Shown here piece after piece: positions 17,371 to 26,805 of a stretch of 55,401 bases of DNA; position 1 is the first letter of the stretch; each line of letters starts with the position of its first letter. The DNA is taken from contig DASTCC010000256.1 in assembly GCA_035711465.1 (NCBI GenBank), forward strand, positions 1-55,401, given 5' to 3'. Origin of the DNA: Vicinamibacterales bacterium. Lineage in GTDB: Bacteria > Acidobacteriota > Vicinamibacteria > Vicinamibacterales > SCN-69-37. The translations under genes were made by a program, and so were the position numbers. Under the pieces are notes generated by a model that saw only the letters and a program-made list of their open reading frames with translations, made no database searches and had not been told where the DNA came from.

Positions 17371-18507
17371 TCATTTCTTGACGTACCTCTTCAACTGCCG
17401 CGGCCCGACCTCGGCGCCGTAGATGACGCCGTTGGCGTCCACGGCCACGCCCTCGGCCGCCAGTGTGCCGCGGGTGCCGGGATCGGGATCCGGAATGAAC
17501 GCCTGGATCCTGCCGTTCTTGCCATCCTTGATGCTGCCGATGCGGATGCCGCGTTTCCATTCCGGACGCTTCGGCTCGACCGAGCCCGATTCCGAATCGG
17601 CCGCGTAGAGCATGTCGTTCTTGTCGATCCAGAGCCCGCTGATGCGGCTGTACTGTTCCCAGCCGTGATCGAGCAGGTTGCCGTCCTTGTCGTAGATCTG
17701 GATTCGGTTGTTCGATCTGTCGGCGATGAACAGCCGGCCTTGTGAGTCCCACGCCAGAGCGTGCGGCTGATCGAACTCGCCGGGCGCCGAACCCTTCTTG
17801 CCCCATTCCTTGATGAACTTGCCGTTCTTGTCGAACTTGCTGATGCGCGCGGTCGCGTTCGCGCCCGACGCATGGCCCTCGGCGACGTAGATGTTGCCGT
17901 CGGCATCGGTGGTGACGTCGTTCGGCTGGTAGAACGACGCCGGATCGGCCGGCTCGCCCGGCCGGTTGCCGCCGGGCTTGCCGAGCGTCAGCAGCAACTG
18001 GCCGTCGGGGCTGAACTTGTAGATCTGGTGGCCGATGATCTTCGCCGGCGGCGCCGGCAGCGGCGCATCAGCGGCGGCGCCGCGGCCGCGGCGCGGGAAG
18101 TTGTCCTGGCCGTCGGTCACCCAGATGTTGCCGTCGCGATCGACGTGGATGCCGTGCGGGAAGATGAACATCCCGGCGCCGAAGCTCTTCACGAGCGTGC
18201 CGGTCGAGTCGAACTTGAGCACGACGTCGAGCGGCGACGTCGTGCCGGCCGCGTTGTCCCAGCACGAGTTCTGCCCGCAGCGCTCCGCAACCCAGACCGA
18301 CACGCCGTCCTTGTCGATGTCGACGGCGCTGGTCGATCCCCACGTGCGGCCGTCCGGCATCTTCGCCCAGCCGGTGATCGTCTCGTACGGATTGGGGGCG
18401 TCGTTGGTCGGCGCGATCGCCTGCAGCGCCCGCACGGGCGAGCTCGGCCACACGCCGGGCGCCGCGATCGCCGCAGCCGCGAGTGTGATGATCGTCATGC
18501 GTCGCAT
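17371..18507 (-). CDS. Secreted NHL-repeat beta-propeller, PAL-like (third paralog)
   Basis: Signal peptide MRRMTIITLAAAAIAAPG. AVDIDKDGVSVWVAERCG, GIHVDRDGNIWVTDGQDN, VTTDADGNIYVAEGH, LAWDSQGRLFIADRSNNRIQIYDKDGN, VAVDANGVIYGAE. Confidence 0.75.
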   Translation of the reverse strand: MRRMTIITLAAAAIAAPGVWPSSPVRALQAIAPTNDAPNPYETITGWAKMPDGRTWGSTSAVDIDKDGVSVWVAERCGQNSCWDNAAGTTSPLDVVLKFDSTGTLVKSFGAGMFIFPHGIHVDRDGNIWVTDGQDNFPRRGRGAAADAPLPAPPAKIIGHQIYKFSPDGQLLLTLGKPGGNRPGEPADPASFYQPNDVTTDADGNIYVAEGHASGANATARISKFDKNGKFIKEWGKKGSAPGEFDQPHALAWDSQGRLFIADRSNNRIQIYDKDGNLLDHGWEQYSRISGLWIDKNDMLYAADSESGSVEPKRPEWKRGIRIGSIKDGKNGRIQAFIPDPDPGTRGTLAAEGVAVDANGVIYGAEVGPRQLKRYVKK

Positions 18508-18509
18508 CG

Positions 18510-20204
18510 CTATCGTCCTCCACCTGCGGGAGCCGTGGCGCGCTCCTTCTTCTGTTTCTCGACCATCACCGCGACGTCCGCGGCCAGCTGCTTCGCGTCG
18601 TAGACGATGCCGTCCTTGATCGTGTACTTGACGCCACCGACACGCTCGGCGCGCGTCGTCTGGTCGTTGACGCGAATCGCGCCGGTGGCGTAGAGCGTCT
18701 TGAAGTTCTGCAGCGGATTCTGATCGACGAGCACGAGATCGGCGAGCATGCCGGCCTTGATCACGCCGCGGTCCACCGGCGTGCCGCTCGCTTCGGCCAG
18801 CGTCATCGCCCCGTTCATCGTCGCCGCTTGAATCACTTCGAGCGGATGGAATCCCGCTTCCTGCAGCATCTCGAGCTCATTGATGAAGCCGAAGCCGTAG
18901 GTCTGGTAGATGAAGCCGGAGTCGGATCCGGTGGTGATCCGGCCGCCCATCTTCTTGTAGTCGTTCATCAGCTGGAACCAGACCTGATAGAAGTTCCGCC
19001 AGGCCACCTCGTCCTCGGTGGTCCAGTCGTACCAGTAGGCGCCGTGGTTGCTGCGGCTCGGCGCGTAGAAGTCCATCAGCGACGGCAGCGTGTAGCGGTC
19101 GTGCCACTCGGCCTCACGGAAGCGCATGACGTCACGGCCGGCCGAATAGATCGTCAACGTCGGATCGAACACGGTGCCGAGCTTCAGGTGCTCCTCGAGG
19201 TACGCCTTCCATTCCGGGCTGCCCTGCGGATGAATCTTGTCCCAGAGCCGCGCCACCTGTCCGAACCGCCACTGCTCGTCGTTGTAGTTCATGTCGACCG
19301 GCCAGGGCTGGACGACGTAGTCCTTGAGCAGCGACTCGAAGTGGCCGTAGAAGTGGGTGATGCTCTGCAGCCCGAGGCGCGCCGCTTTGATCGCGTTCAT
19401 CTGCGCGACGCCGGTCTGCTGCAGATGCGCGGTGCTGCCCAGGTTGTTCTTCTTCGCTTCGTCGAGCAGCGCCGCCATGATCGACGGCTCTTCGGCGCCG
19501 ATCTTCAGGCCCTCGACGCCATTGGCCTTGCCCCAGCGCACCCACTCGCGCGCTTTCTCCGGCGAGTCGATCGCGCCACCGTCCCAGCCGGAGCCGGGGC
19601 GCTGATAGTTGACGATGCGCGGCGCGGCGATCAGGTTCTTGTTGCTGCGATCGCGCTCGCTGACCGAGAAGTTGTGAGCGGCGAGCGACACGCCACGCAC
19701 CGTGGTGACGCCGTGCGCCAGCCACAGCTTGTAGGCGTACTCCGCTTCCGCGTTCTTGGGCGGGCCGCCGGCATGGACGTGCATGTCGATGAAGCCCGGC
19801 AGCAGGTACATCCCGGTGCCGTCGATGACGTTGTCGCCCGCGGGCGCGCCGCCGCCGCGCGGCGGCAGTCCCGGCGTTCCCGCGCCGCCGATGCGCGCGA
19901 TGCGGTTGTTCGAGATGACGACGTTCATCGGCCCGTACGGCGGCGCGCCGGTGCCGTCGATGACCATGACGTTGCGGATCGTCAGCGTCTCGAACGGCCC
20001 GCGGCCTTCGTTCGCCCGCCGATCGGGCGCCGCGACGAACCCGCCGCGTCCGCCCTGCCGGCCCCGACCCTGCACCGCCGGCGCCGCGCCCTGCGCATCC
20101 GATCCTCTGGCCTCGACCGCCGGAGCCGGTGCGATGATGTCGCCGAGCAGAAACCCACAGAGCGCGCTCGCGCCCAACGCGACCGCTAGTCGCCGTGCTG
20201 ACAT
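18510..20204 (-). CDS. Secreted metal-dependent amidohydrolase-family hydrolase
   Basis: 564 aa. Signal peptide. LLPGFIDMHVHAGG (HxH metal site), GVTTVRG, TTGSDSG and GMLADLVLVDQNPL motifs of the amidohydrolase superfamily. AGGAGG SD. Confidence 0.85.
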   Translation of the reverse strand: MSARRLAVALGASALCGFLLGDIIAPAPAVEARGSDAQGAAPAVQGRGRQGGRGGFVAAPDRRANEGRGPFETLTIRNVMVIDGTGAPPYGPMNVVISNNRIARIGGAGTPGLPPRGGGAPAGDNVIDGTGMYLLPGFIDMHVHAGGPPKNAEAEYAYKLWLAHGVTTVRGVSLAAHNFSVSERDRSNKNLIAAPRIVNYQRPGSGWDGGAIDSPEKAREWVRWGKANGVEGLKIGAEEPSIMAALLDEAKKNNLGSTAHLQQTGVAQMNAIKAARLGLQSITHFYGHFESLLKDYVVQPWPVDMNYNDEQWRFGQVARLWDKIHPQGSPEWKAYLEEHLKLGTVFDPTLTIYSAGRDVMRFREAEWHDRYTLPSLMDFYAPSRSNHGAYWYDWTTEDEVAWRNFYQVWFQLMNDYKKMGGRITTGSDSGFIYQTYGFGFINELEMLQEAGFHPLEVIQAATMNGAMTLAEASGTPVDRGVIKAGMLADLVLVDQNPLQNFKTLYATGAIRVNDQTTRAERVGGVKYTIKDGIVYDAKQLAADVAVMVEKQKKERATAPAGGGR

Positions 20205-20266
20205 GGAGGCCTCCTGAGGTCAAAGATTATATCGGGTGAAGACGGGGCACGACCGGAGACGCGACC

Positions 20267-20358
20267 TGTCGTCACCCGTGTCACCCGTCGTGACCCGTCG
20301 TAACCCGCCCGTCACCTGTCGTAACCCGTCGTCACCCGTCGTAACCCGTCGTTACCCG
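20267..20358 (-). repeat. About nine imperfect tandem copies of 10-nt unit GGGT[TGAC]ACGAC (minus-strand reading)
   Basis: Plus strand reads ...TGTCGTCACCCGTGTCACCCGTCGTGACCCGTCGTAACCCGCCCGTCACCTGTCGTAACCCGTCGTCACCCGTCGTAACCCGTCGTTACCCG. The last unit contains the TAA stop (20352..20354) of the YfcH-like gene. Confidence 0.85.
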
Positions 20359-21278
20359 TAAATCGCTGTGAGCGCTGAGTCGAGGTCCGTGTAGCGGAAC
20401 ACGAATCCTTGTTTGCGTGCGCGTTCGGGGACGACGCGTTGGCCCTGGAGCAGGGCGACGGTTGCCATCTCGCCGACGAGGATGCGGAGCGCGAAGCCCG
20501 GTACGGCGAGCCAGCTCGGGCGGTGCAGCACCCGGCCGAGCGCCGAGGCCATTTCCACGCCGGTGACGGGCTCCGGCGCGGTGGCGTTCAAGGGGCCAGA
20601 GATCGCCGAGTTCTCGATGGCCCAGTCGAGGAGCGCGATCCAGTCGTCGCGGTGGATCCACGAGATCGTCTGCGCGCCGCTGCCGAGCGGGCCGCCGACG
20701 AAGAACTTGAACGGCCGCGCCATCTGCTGCAGCGCGCCGCCGTCAGCGGCGAGCGCTATGCCGCTGCGCAGGATGACGAGCCGCGATCCGAGCGCCGTCA
20801 GCGGATGTGCTTCCGCTTCCCAGGCGACGCACATCCGACCGAGGAAATCGTCGCCGGGCGGAAACGACTCGTCGAAGGTGTGATTCGGATTGGTGCCGTA
20901 GTAGCCGATCGCCGACCCTTGCACGAACACGGCCGGCGGTGTGGTGGCGGCGCGCGCGGCGGCTACGAGGTTGCGCGTCGCCAGCGTGCGGCTTCTCAGC
21001 ATCTCGCGCTTGTACTGCGCCGACCAGCGGCGATCGGCGAGGCCGGCGCCGGCGAGATTGATCACGGCGTCGGCGCCATCGATCTCGCGAGCCCAGGCGT
21101 CGAGCCGCGCCGGGTCGGGCGTCTCGACCGGCGACCATGCGACGTCGCGCGCCAGGGGCGAGCTCGACGCCGCCCGCGGCTTGCGCGTCAGGACGACGAC
21201 CTGGAACTGTCGATCGGTGAAGTGCTCGACGAGCGGCTTGCCGAGGAACCCCGTGCCGCCGGCGATGACGAGCTTCAT
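20352..21278 (-). CDS. TIGR01777/YfcH-like NAD-dependent epimerase-family SDR with C-terminal DUF1731
   Basis: MKLVIAGGTGFLGKPLVEHF Rossmann start, about 300 aa, C-terminal GFVFRYTDLDSAL block typical of the SDR39U1/YfcH family. Confidence 0.8.
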   Translation of the reverse strand: MKLVIAGGTGFLGKPLVEHFTDRQFQVVVLTRKPRAASSSPLARDVAWSPVETPDPARLDAWAREIDGADAVINLAGAGLADRRWSAQYKREMLRSRTLATRNLVAAARAATTPPAVFVQGSAIGYYGTNPNHTFDESFPPGDDFLGRMCVAWEAEAHPLTALGSRLVILRSGIALAADGGALQQMARPFKFFVGGPLGSGAQTISWIHRDDWIALLDWAIENSAISGPLNATAPEPVTGVEMASALGRVLHRPSWLAVPGFALRILVGEMATVALLQGQRVVPERARKQGFVFRYTDLDSALTAIYG

Positions 21279-21297
21279 GGAAGTACGACGAGTGTAC

Positions 21298-21369
21298 CCG
21301 GAGGCACGCGATCGTACCAGTGCCTCCGGCCCTCGCCGTACCAGTGCGGCGCGCTGACGGCGCCGTCAG
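21298..21369 (-). terminator. Two consecutive hairpins after the DUF4097 gene pair
   Basis: 20-nt perfect palindrome CGCTGACGGCGCCGTCAGCG (21350..21369, overlapping stop 21366), plus CCGGAGGCAC-12 nt-GTGCCTCCGG (21298..21329). CGTACCAGTGC occurs twice (21313, 21337). Confidence 0.45.
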
Positions 21370-22127
21370 CGATCGATCCGGACGTTCCCGGAGAAGGTGT
21401 GGAACCGGAGCGTGCGGCCGGCGCCGCCGGGCAGATCGCCCTCGGTCCGCGACCGCCGGACGCTGCGGATCTTCATCGGCAGCGCGGTGTCGAACGATCC
21501 GCTGAAGCTGTCGAACTGCACGCTGCCTTGGGCGTTCTCCGCGAGGCGGACGCGGATGTCGCCGCTGAAGGTCTCGGCGCGGATGTCGGGTGAGGCGCCG
21601 GCGGCGATGGCGTTGATCTCGATCGTCGAGCTGAACGACTCGGCGTCGATCGCGCCCCTGGCGTCGGACACGATCACGTCGCCCGAAAACGACTTGATCC
21701 GCTGACTGCCGGTGACGCCCGAGACGGTGACGTCGCTGCCGAAGACGTTGACGTCGAGCTTCGCCGCCGCCGGGACCTGAATCTCGAAGTCGGTCTCGAC
21801 GACGTTCTCGTCGCGCTCGCGCCATTCCCGCTGCCGATCGTTGGCGTTGACGACGACGCGCGAGCCGGTGGTCTCGATGGTGAGCTTGATGTTCTCGAGT
21901 CGATCGCGGCGGGCGCGCCGGACGGCGTGGATGACGACGTCCTTGCCGCTGGTGCCGGTGATGCGGACCTTGCCCGAGAAGTTCTTGAGCTCGAGCGTGC
22001 CGTTCTCCGGCAGCGGCACGGTGCGATCGACGGTCTCGGTCTGCTGCTGCGCGTGCAGACCGGCGCCGAGCAGGGCGACGATCGCCGCGGCAGCGAGCGT
22101 GCGAAGGATGGGGGACTGGGCCTTCAT
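21366..22127 (-). CDS. DUF4097-family beta-strand-repeat secreted protein
   Basis: Signal peptide. Reiterated F-S-G-[DSK]-[VI] strands (NFSGKVRITG, SFSGDVIVSD, TFSGDIRVRL, SFSGSFDT, TFSGNVRIDR). Confidence 0.7.
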   Translation of the reverse strand: MKAQSPILRTLAAAAIVALLGAGLHAQQQTETVDRTVPLPENGTLELKNFSGKVRITGTSGKDVVIHAVRRARRDRLENIKLTIETTGSRVVVNANDRQREWRERDENVVETDFEIQVPAAAKLDVNVFGSDVTVSGVTGSQRIKSFSGDVIVSDARGAIDAESFSSTIEINAIAAGASPDIRAETFSGDIRVRLAENAQGSVQFDSFSGSFDTALPMKIRSVRRSRTEGDLPGGAGRTLRFHTFSGNVRIDR

Positions 22128-22151
22128 TGAATCCTGTGCTCCTGATAGTCG

Positions 22152-22979
22152 CTAGCGCCGGCCGATGCGGACGCTGCCGTTCGACGAGCTGACGCGGATC
22201 GTCGGGCCGCCGCTGCCGAGCGTGGTCTCGAGCTGCCGCGAGATCCGGCCCTGGACGGTGATCGGCATGTCGACGGAGAGGTGGCCGTTGCTGGTGCCGG
22301 CGATCAACCGCGCGTTGTACTTCTCGGGCACGTCGACGCGCACCGAGCCGTTGGAAGTGCGCAGCTCGAGGCCGGCGCCGCTCCACGTCGATCCGCCGAG
22401 CGCCGCGTGCACCGATCCGTTGCTCGTCGTCGCGATGACGTCGCCGCCGACGTCGACCAGGCTCAGGCTGCCGTTGCTGCTCTCGGCGCGGATGCGGCCG
22501 TTGACCCCGGAAATCGACACCGACCCATTCGACGTGCCGAGCTCGAGGTCCTGAGACGCCGGCACTTCGATGCGGTAGCTGACCCACCAGCTGCGCCGGT
22601 TGCCGGACGTGCTCGGCCCATCAGCGCGAACGCGGCCGTTCTCGGCGGTCACCTTCACGTCACGTCCGAGCGCGGCCGCGTCGCTCTCGGTGCGATCGGT
22701 GGCGACGACGCGGGCGCGGATCGCGATGTCCTTCCGGTTGGTGGCGGTGATGCTGATGCTGCCGTTCGGGTTGTCGGTGACGTCGAGCACGCCGGGCTTG
22801 GCCATCGTCAGCTCGCGGACCTCGCAGAACACCTCGCGGTCGCGGTCACGATCGTCGCGCGCGTCCGCACACCAGTCCTGATTGGACGAGGTCGACCGGC
22901 TGGTCTGGCCGGCAAGGGTCGCCGGCGCGGTGGCCGCGCAGGCGAACAACAGGATGAAAAGACTGCGAAACACCTGCAT
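22152..22979 (-). CDS. DUF4097-family beta-strand-repeat secreted protein (tandem paralog)
   Basis: Signal peptide MQVFRSLFILLFACAATAPA. Reiterated SNGS[VL] strands (TSNGSVSISG, SSNGSLSLVD, TSNGSVHAAL, TSNGSVRVDV, TSNGHLSVDM, SSNGSVRIGR). Confidence 0.7.
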   Translation of the reverse strand: MQVFRSLFILLFACAATAPATLAGQTSRSTSSNQDWCADARDDRDRDREVFCEVRELTMAKPGVLDVTDNPNGSISITATNRKDIAIRARVVATDRTESDAAALGRDVKVTAENGRVRADGPSTSGNRRSWWVSYRIEVPASQDLELGTSNGSVSISGVNGRIRAESSNGSLSLVDVGGDVIATTSNGSVHAALGGSTWSGAGLELRTSNGSVRVDVPEKYNARLIAGTSNGHLSVDMPITVQGRISRQLETTLGSGGPTIRVSSSNGSVRIGRR

Positions 22980-23025
22980 CGAATCGAACCTCCAGACGCC
23001 GGGGCCGAATGGCGTCTCCGGAGGA

Positions 23026-23757
23026 TTAGACGGAGGCGCCGCCGGGCCCGTTGCCGGTTCGCGTCCGGGCCGTCAGGGCCGCACCGGGGTCGAGCAATCC
23101 TGTGTAGATGGCCATGCCGACGACCGCGTCGACACCGATGTCGTCGAGCCGATGCACTTCGTCGAGCGAGCGGATGCCACCCGCCGCGATGACGGCCTTC
23201 GTCGTCGCGGCGCGGACGGCCAGGACCGCTTCCATGTCGACGCCCGACAACAGGCCTTCCGTGTCGACGTGCGTGTAGAGGAACGCGCCGGCAAACGAGG
23301 ACAGCGCGCGGACCGCGTCGGCCGGCGTGGTTCGAGTGACGCCGCGCCAGCCGTGCGTGACGACGCGGCCGCGGCGCGCGTCGACGGCCGCGACGAAGGC
23401 CTGCTCGCCAAGGGCGTCCGCAAACGCCTGCGCGCGCGCCACATCGGGCGCGCCATCCGTGTACAGCGCCGATCCAATCACCACGCGACACGCGCCGAGC
23501 GCGATCAACGCCTCCGCGCGCTCGATGGTCCGCACGCCGCCGCCGACCTGGCAGGGCAGGGTCCGACAGATCTCGGAGACGAGCGGCGCGTTGTCGCCGT
23601 GTCCCTTCGCCGCATCCAAATCGACTAGCTGAACGACGGGAAAGCCGCGAAAGCGATCGATCCAGCCCTCGAGATCGTCGCTCGCGACGCGCAGGCGTTC
23701 GCCCTGCTCGAGCTGGACGATGCGTCCGTCCATCAGATCAATCGACGGAATCAGCAT
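23026..23757 (-). CDS. hisA: ProFAR isomerase (HisA)
   Basis: Start ATG 23757: [19 protein letters not shown]..., [35 protein letters not shown] = HisA (beta/alpha)8 signature. 20-nt overlap with hisF. Confidence 0.85.
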   Translation of the reverse strand: MLIPSIDLMDGRIVQLEQGERLRVASDDLEGWIDRFRGFPVVQLVDLDAAKGHGDNAPLVSEICRTLPCQVGGGVRTIERAEALIALGACRVVIGSALYTDGAPDVARAQAFADALGEQAFVAAVDARRGRVVTHGWRGVTRTTPADAVRALSSFAGAFLYTHVDTEGLLSGVDMEAVLAVRAATTKAVIAAGGIRSLDEVHRLDDIGVDAVVGMAIYTGLLDPGAALTARTRTGNGPGGASV

Positions 23758-24514
23758 CGTCGAGCCGTATGGGCACGCCGCGGTCGGCAAGAAAACGTTT
23801 GAGGTCGCGCACGCCGTAGTCCTCGAAATGCAGGATCGAGGCGGCGAGAGCTGCGTCGGCGCAGCCGTCGAGGAAGACGTCGACGAAATGGCCGGGCCGG
23901 CCGGCGCCGCCCGAGGCGATGACAGGCACGGGCACCGCGCCACTGACCGCACGGGTGAGATCGCAGTCGAATCCCGACTGCGTGCCATCGCGATCGATCG
24001 ACGTCAGCAGGATCTCGCCAGCGCCATGACCGACCGCCTCGCGGGCCCAGGCGACCGCGTCGCGCGGGTCCGGGCTCGAGCCGCTTCGGCTCCGCACCTC
24101 GAAGCGGTCGCCGCGCGCGATGGCGTCGATAGCGACGACGACGGCCTGACTGCCGAAGAGGCTGGCGATCTCGGCGATCAGCGCCGGGCGCGCCAGCGCC
24201 GCCGAGTTGATGCTGACCTTGTCCGCGCCGGCGTCGACCAGCGCCCGCGCATCGTCGATGCTGCGGACGCCGCCGCCGACGGTCAACGGCACGAAGACGC
24301 GATCGGCGACGGCGCGAACCGTGTCGGCGATCGCGCGGCGGCCTTCGAGCGTCGCCGAGACGTCGAGCACGACGATCTCGTCGGCGCCCTCTGCATCGTA
24401 CCGGGCGGCAAGCGCCGCCGGATCGCCGGCCGTGCGCAGATCGGCGAACTTGACGCCTTTGACCACGCGGCCGTCGCGCACGTCGAGGCAGGCGATGACG
24501 CGCCGCGTCAGCAT
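23738..24514 (-). CDS. hisF: Imidazole glycerol phosphate synthase cyclase subunit (HisF)
   Basis: Start ATG 24514: [30 protein letters not shown]...[13 protein letters not shown]...[11 protein letters not shown]...[11 protein letters not shown]...IASGGAG. Confidence 0.9.
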   Translation of the reverse strand: MLTRRVIACLDVRDGRVVKGVKFADLRTAGDPAALAARYDAEGADEIVVLDVSATLEGRRAIADTVRAVADRVFVPLTVGGGVRSIDDARALVDAGADKVSINSAALARPALIAEIASLFGSQAVVVAIDAIARGDRFEVRSRSGSSPDPRDAVAWAREAVGHGAGEILLTSIDRDGTQSGFDCDLTRAVSGAVPVPVIASGGAGRPGHFVDVFLDGCADAALAASILHFEDYGVRDLKRFLADRGVPIRLDDADSVD

Positions 24515-25125
24515 CGCCGGCTCGCGCGCGCGATGGCGACAAAAGTGGCGAGGAGGCGAAGGCCGACCGCGCCCGATTTCTCGGGATGACCTTGCACGCC
24601 GAAGACGTTGGCCCGCTCGACCGCGGACGCGAAGACGCTGCCGTGACTGGTCGTGGCAGTGGTGATCGGTGAGGGCGGCGCGGCGAACGTGTGTGAGAAG
24701 TACATGGCGGCGCCATCCGGAACGCCGTCGAGCAGACGCGAGGCGCAGCCAGTGCGGTCGAGCTGATTCCAGCCGACGTGAGGCACCTTGACGTTCCCCG
24801 CGATCCGCTGGGATCGGCCGGCGAAGAAACCCAGACCGTGGTCGTTCGTCGCTTCGTCGCTGCCGTCGAACAGCCACTGCAGGCCCAGGCAGATGCCCAA
24901 CAGCGGCGTGCCGTCGTCGATGGCCGTCGCGATCGCGGCGCGCCACCGATCGTCGAGCGCGCGCGTCGCCGCGAAGTGGCCCACGCCGGGGATGATGATC
25001 GCGTCGGCGCCAGAAAGGGCAGTGGGCCCGATCGCGCGGAGCGGCGCCGCGTCCACAGCCGCGAGCGCCTTCATGACCGACTGCACGTTGCCGGCCCCGT
25101 AATCGACGACGGCGATGCGGGTCAC
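24508..25125 (-). CDS. hisH: Imidazole glycerol phosphate synthase glutamine amidotransferase subunit (HisH)
   Basis: [17 protein letters not shown]..., [17 protein letters not shown] (Cys nucleophile), [12 protein letters not shown] 25125 chosen because it forms a GTGA overlap with the hisB stop. The track ORF extends to 25179. Confidence 0.85.
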   Translation of the reverse strand: MTRIAVVDYGAGNVQSVMKALAAVDAAPLRAIGPTALSGADAIIIPGVGHFAATRALDDRWRAAIATAIDDGTPLLGICLGLQWLFDGSDEATNDHGLGFFAGRSQRIAGNVKVPHVGWNQLDRTGCASRLLDGVPDGAAMYFSHTFAAPPSPITTATTSHGSVFASAVERANVFGVQGHPEKSGAVGLRLLATFVAIARASRRC

Positions 25126-25709
25126 AGGAGCTCCTTCGTCGAGGGCAGCACGCGGAGCAGGCGTCGATCCTTCGCGCACGCGACGCGAAGCGCGCGGGCG
25201 AACGCCTTGAAGATCGCCTCGATGCCGTGATGGCTCGACCGGCCATACAGCAGCTTCAGGTGCACGTTGGCCCTGGCGCCGGTGGCGAAGCCTTCGAAGA
25301 AGTCGGCGACCAGCTCGGTGGGCAGGTCACCGACGCGTGAGGCCCGCACCGGCACGTCGATGGCGGCGTGAGGACGGCCGGCCAGGTCGATGGCGGCGAC
25401 AGCGAGTGACTCGTCCATCGGCATCACGAAGTAGCCGGCGCGGTTGATCCCGCGGCGCGTGCCGAGCGCGCGCGCGAACGCGTCGCCGAGCGCCAGCCCC
25501 GTGTCCTCGACGGTGTGATGAGCGTCGACGTCGAGGTCGCCGTCCGCGGCGATCTCGAGATCGAAGCCGCCATGACGGGCGGTCGTCTCGAGCATGTGAT
25601 CGAGAAACCGGAGGCCGGTCGCGATGTCATAGCGTCCGCGTCCTTCGACCTGCAGCCGGACGCGGACGCGCGTCTCGGCCGTGCGGCGGTCAATTCGCGC
25701 CCGCCGCAC
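25122..25709 (-). CDS. hisB: Imidazoleglycerol-phosphate dehydratase (monofunctional HisB)
   Basis: 195 aa. [50 protein letters not shown] motifs. No N-terminal histidinol-phosphatase domain. Confidence 0.9.
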   Translation of the reverse strand: MRRARIDRRTAETRVRVRLQVEGRGRYDIATGLRFLDHMLETTARHGGFDLEIAADGDLDVDAHHTVEDTGLALGDAFARALGTRRGINRAGYFVMPMDESLAVAAIDLAGRPHAAIDVPVRASRVGDLPTELVADFFEGFATGARANVHLKLLYGRSSHHGIEAIFKAFARALRVACAKDRRLLRVLPSTKELL

Positions 25710-26739
25710 GGATCGCCTCCAGCGCGTCGATGCAGACGCGCGTGTGCGCCACGACGCCGGCGGTGATGCGCAGACAGCCGGCGCACCCGGACGCGGCGCT
25801 CTTGTCGCGGACGAGCACGCCGCGATCGGCGAGCGCGCGCGCCAGCGCCGACGCCGTGTCGCCGACGCGAATCAGCACGAAGTTCGCTTCGCTCGGCCAG
25901 TAGGTCCACCCGCGGCGCTCGCAGTAGTCGTAGAGCAGCCGCTTCGACTCCGCAGCCGCGGCCACCGATGCGCGCAGATATGCCGTGTCCTCGAGCGCGG
26001 CAGCGAGGGCGCGCATCGCGCAGACGTTGACGCCGAAGGGTGGCAGCAGACGCCGCAGCGGCGCCAACGTCTCGGGGTGCGCGACCAGCGCGCCAATGCG
26101 CAGCGCGGCCAGCCCGTGCGCCTTCGCGAACGTCCGCCCGACGACGAGGTTGCGATGGCGATCGAGCGTGTCGCCGACGAACGTCCGGCCGCTGAACTCC
26201 GCGTAGGCTTCGTCGACCAGCACGGTCGCCTGTGGCGCCGCCTGCGCGATGTGCTCGACGATGCCTCGCGGGATCGCGAGACCCGTCGGGTTGTTCGGAT
26301 CGGTCAGATAGACCAGCCGGGTGGCGGGCCTCAACGCGTGCATCATCGCCTGCGTCGGAAACGCGAAATCCTCTTCCGGCATCAGATGCGTCGTCGCCAG
26401 GCCCGCGGCCTCGGCGCTGGCCAGGTACATCTCGAACGCCGGCTCGACGATGATCACGGGCGGCTCGACGGGCACGCGATCGATCTGCAGCCTGGCGTAA
26501 TGCGCGACGACGTGCAGGCCTTCGTCGAGGCCGTTGGTGAGTTGGACCCAGTCCGGATCGACGCCGAACGCGGCTGCCGTGGCCGCCGTGATCGGACCGT
26601 AGTCCGGATACCACGCGGCTTCCTCACGGGTGATCGATCGCAGCGCCTCGAGCACGGCCGGCGAGCAGCCGCCGGTGTGCTCGTTGAAGTGAAGGCGAAG
26701 GCCCTGGGACGCATCAGGTGGTTGATATGGCATGGGCAC
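25690..26739 (-). CDS. hisC: Histidinol-phosphate aminotransferase (HisC)
   Basis: 349 aa. [37 protein letters not shown] (PLP Lys). No signal sequence. Lies between hisD and hisB. Confidence 0.9.
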   Translation of the reverse strand: MPMPYQPPDASQGLRLHFNEHTGGCSPAVLEALRSITREEAAWYPDYGPITAATAAAFGVDPDWVQLTNGLDEGLHVVAHYARLQIDRVPVEPPVIIVEPAFEMYLASAEAAGLATTHLMPEEDFAFPTQAMMHALRPATRLVYLTDPNNPTGLAIPRGIVEHIAQAAPQATVLVDEAYAEFSGRTFVGDTLDRHRNLVVGRTFAKAHGLAALRIGALVAHPETLAPLRRLLPPFGVNVCAMRALAAALEDTAYLRASVAAAAESKRLLYDYCERRGWTYWPSEANFVLIRVGDTASALARALADRGVLVRDKSAASGCAGCLRITAGVVAHTRVCIDALEAIRAAGAN

Positions 26740-26763
26740 AGGGCTCCGGAAGGGCAGCTGACA

Positions 26764-26805
26764 ACTTGAAACTTAGAACTCAAGACTTGAAACTCAGAAC
26801 TCAGG
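26764..26805 (-). repeat. Two tandem 21-nt AT-rich units spanning the hisD stop
   Basis: Plus strand ACTTGAAACTTAGAACTCAAG (26764..26784) and ACTTGAAACTCAGAACTCAGG (26785..26805). On the sense strand each unit reads GAG TTC TGA/TAA in the hisD frame. Confidence 0.85.

Noticed and set aside
18828-20189. 453-aa plus-strand ORF, and the 363-aa ORF 19132..20223
   Set aside because: Antisense or out of frame relative to the amidohydrolase gene 18510..20204, which carries the HxH metal motif. No independent start signals.
20267-20358. Possibility that the 10-nt repeat arrays (also 32519..32621) are CRISPR arrays or minisatellite coding repeats
   Set aside because: The period is 10 nt with no spacers and no cas genes. 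The arrays lie outside ORFs except for the terminal stop codon.
20743-22587. 614-aa minus-strand ORF spanning three annotated genes
   Set aside because: Out of frame with the YfcH-like and both DUF4097 genes. Extremely Arg-rich. It crosses two hairpin-containing intergenic regions.
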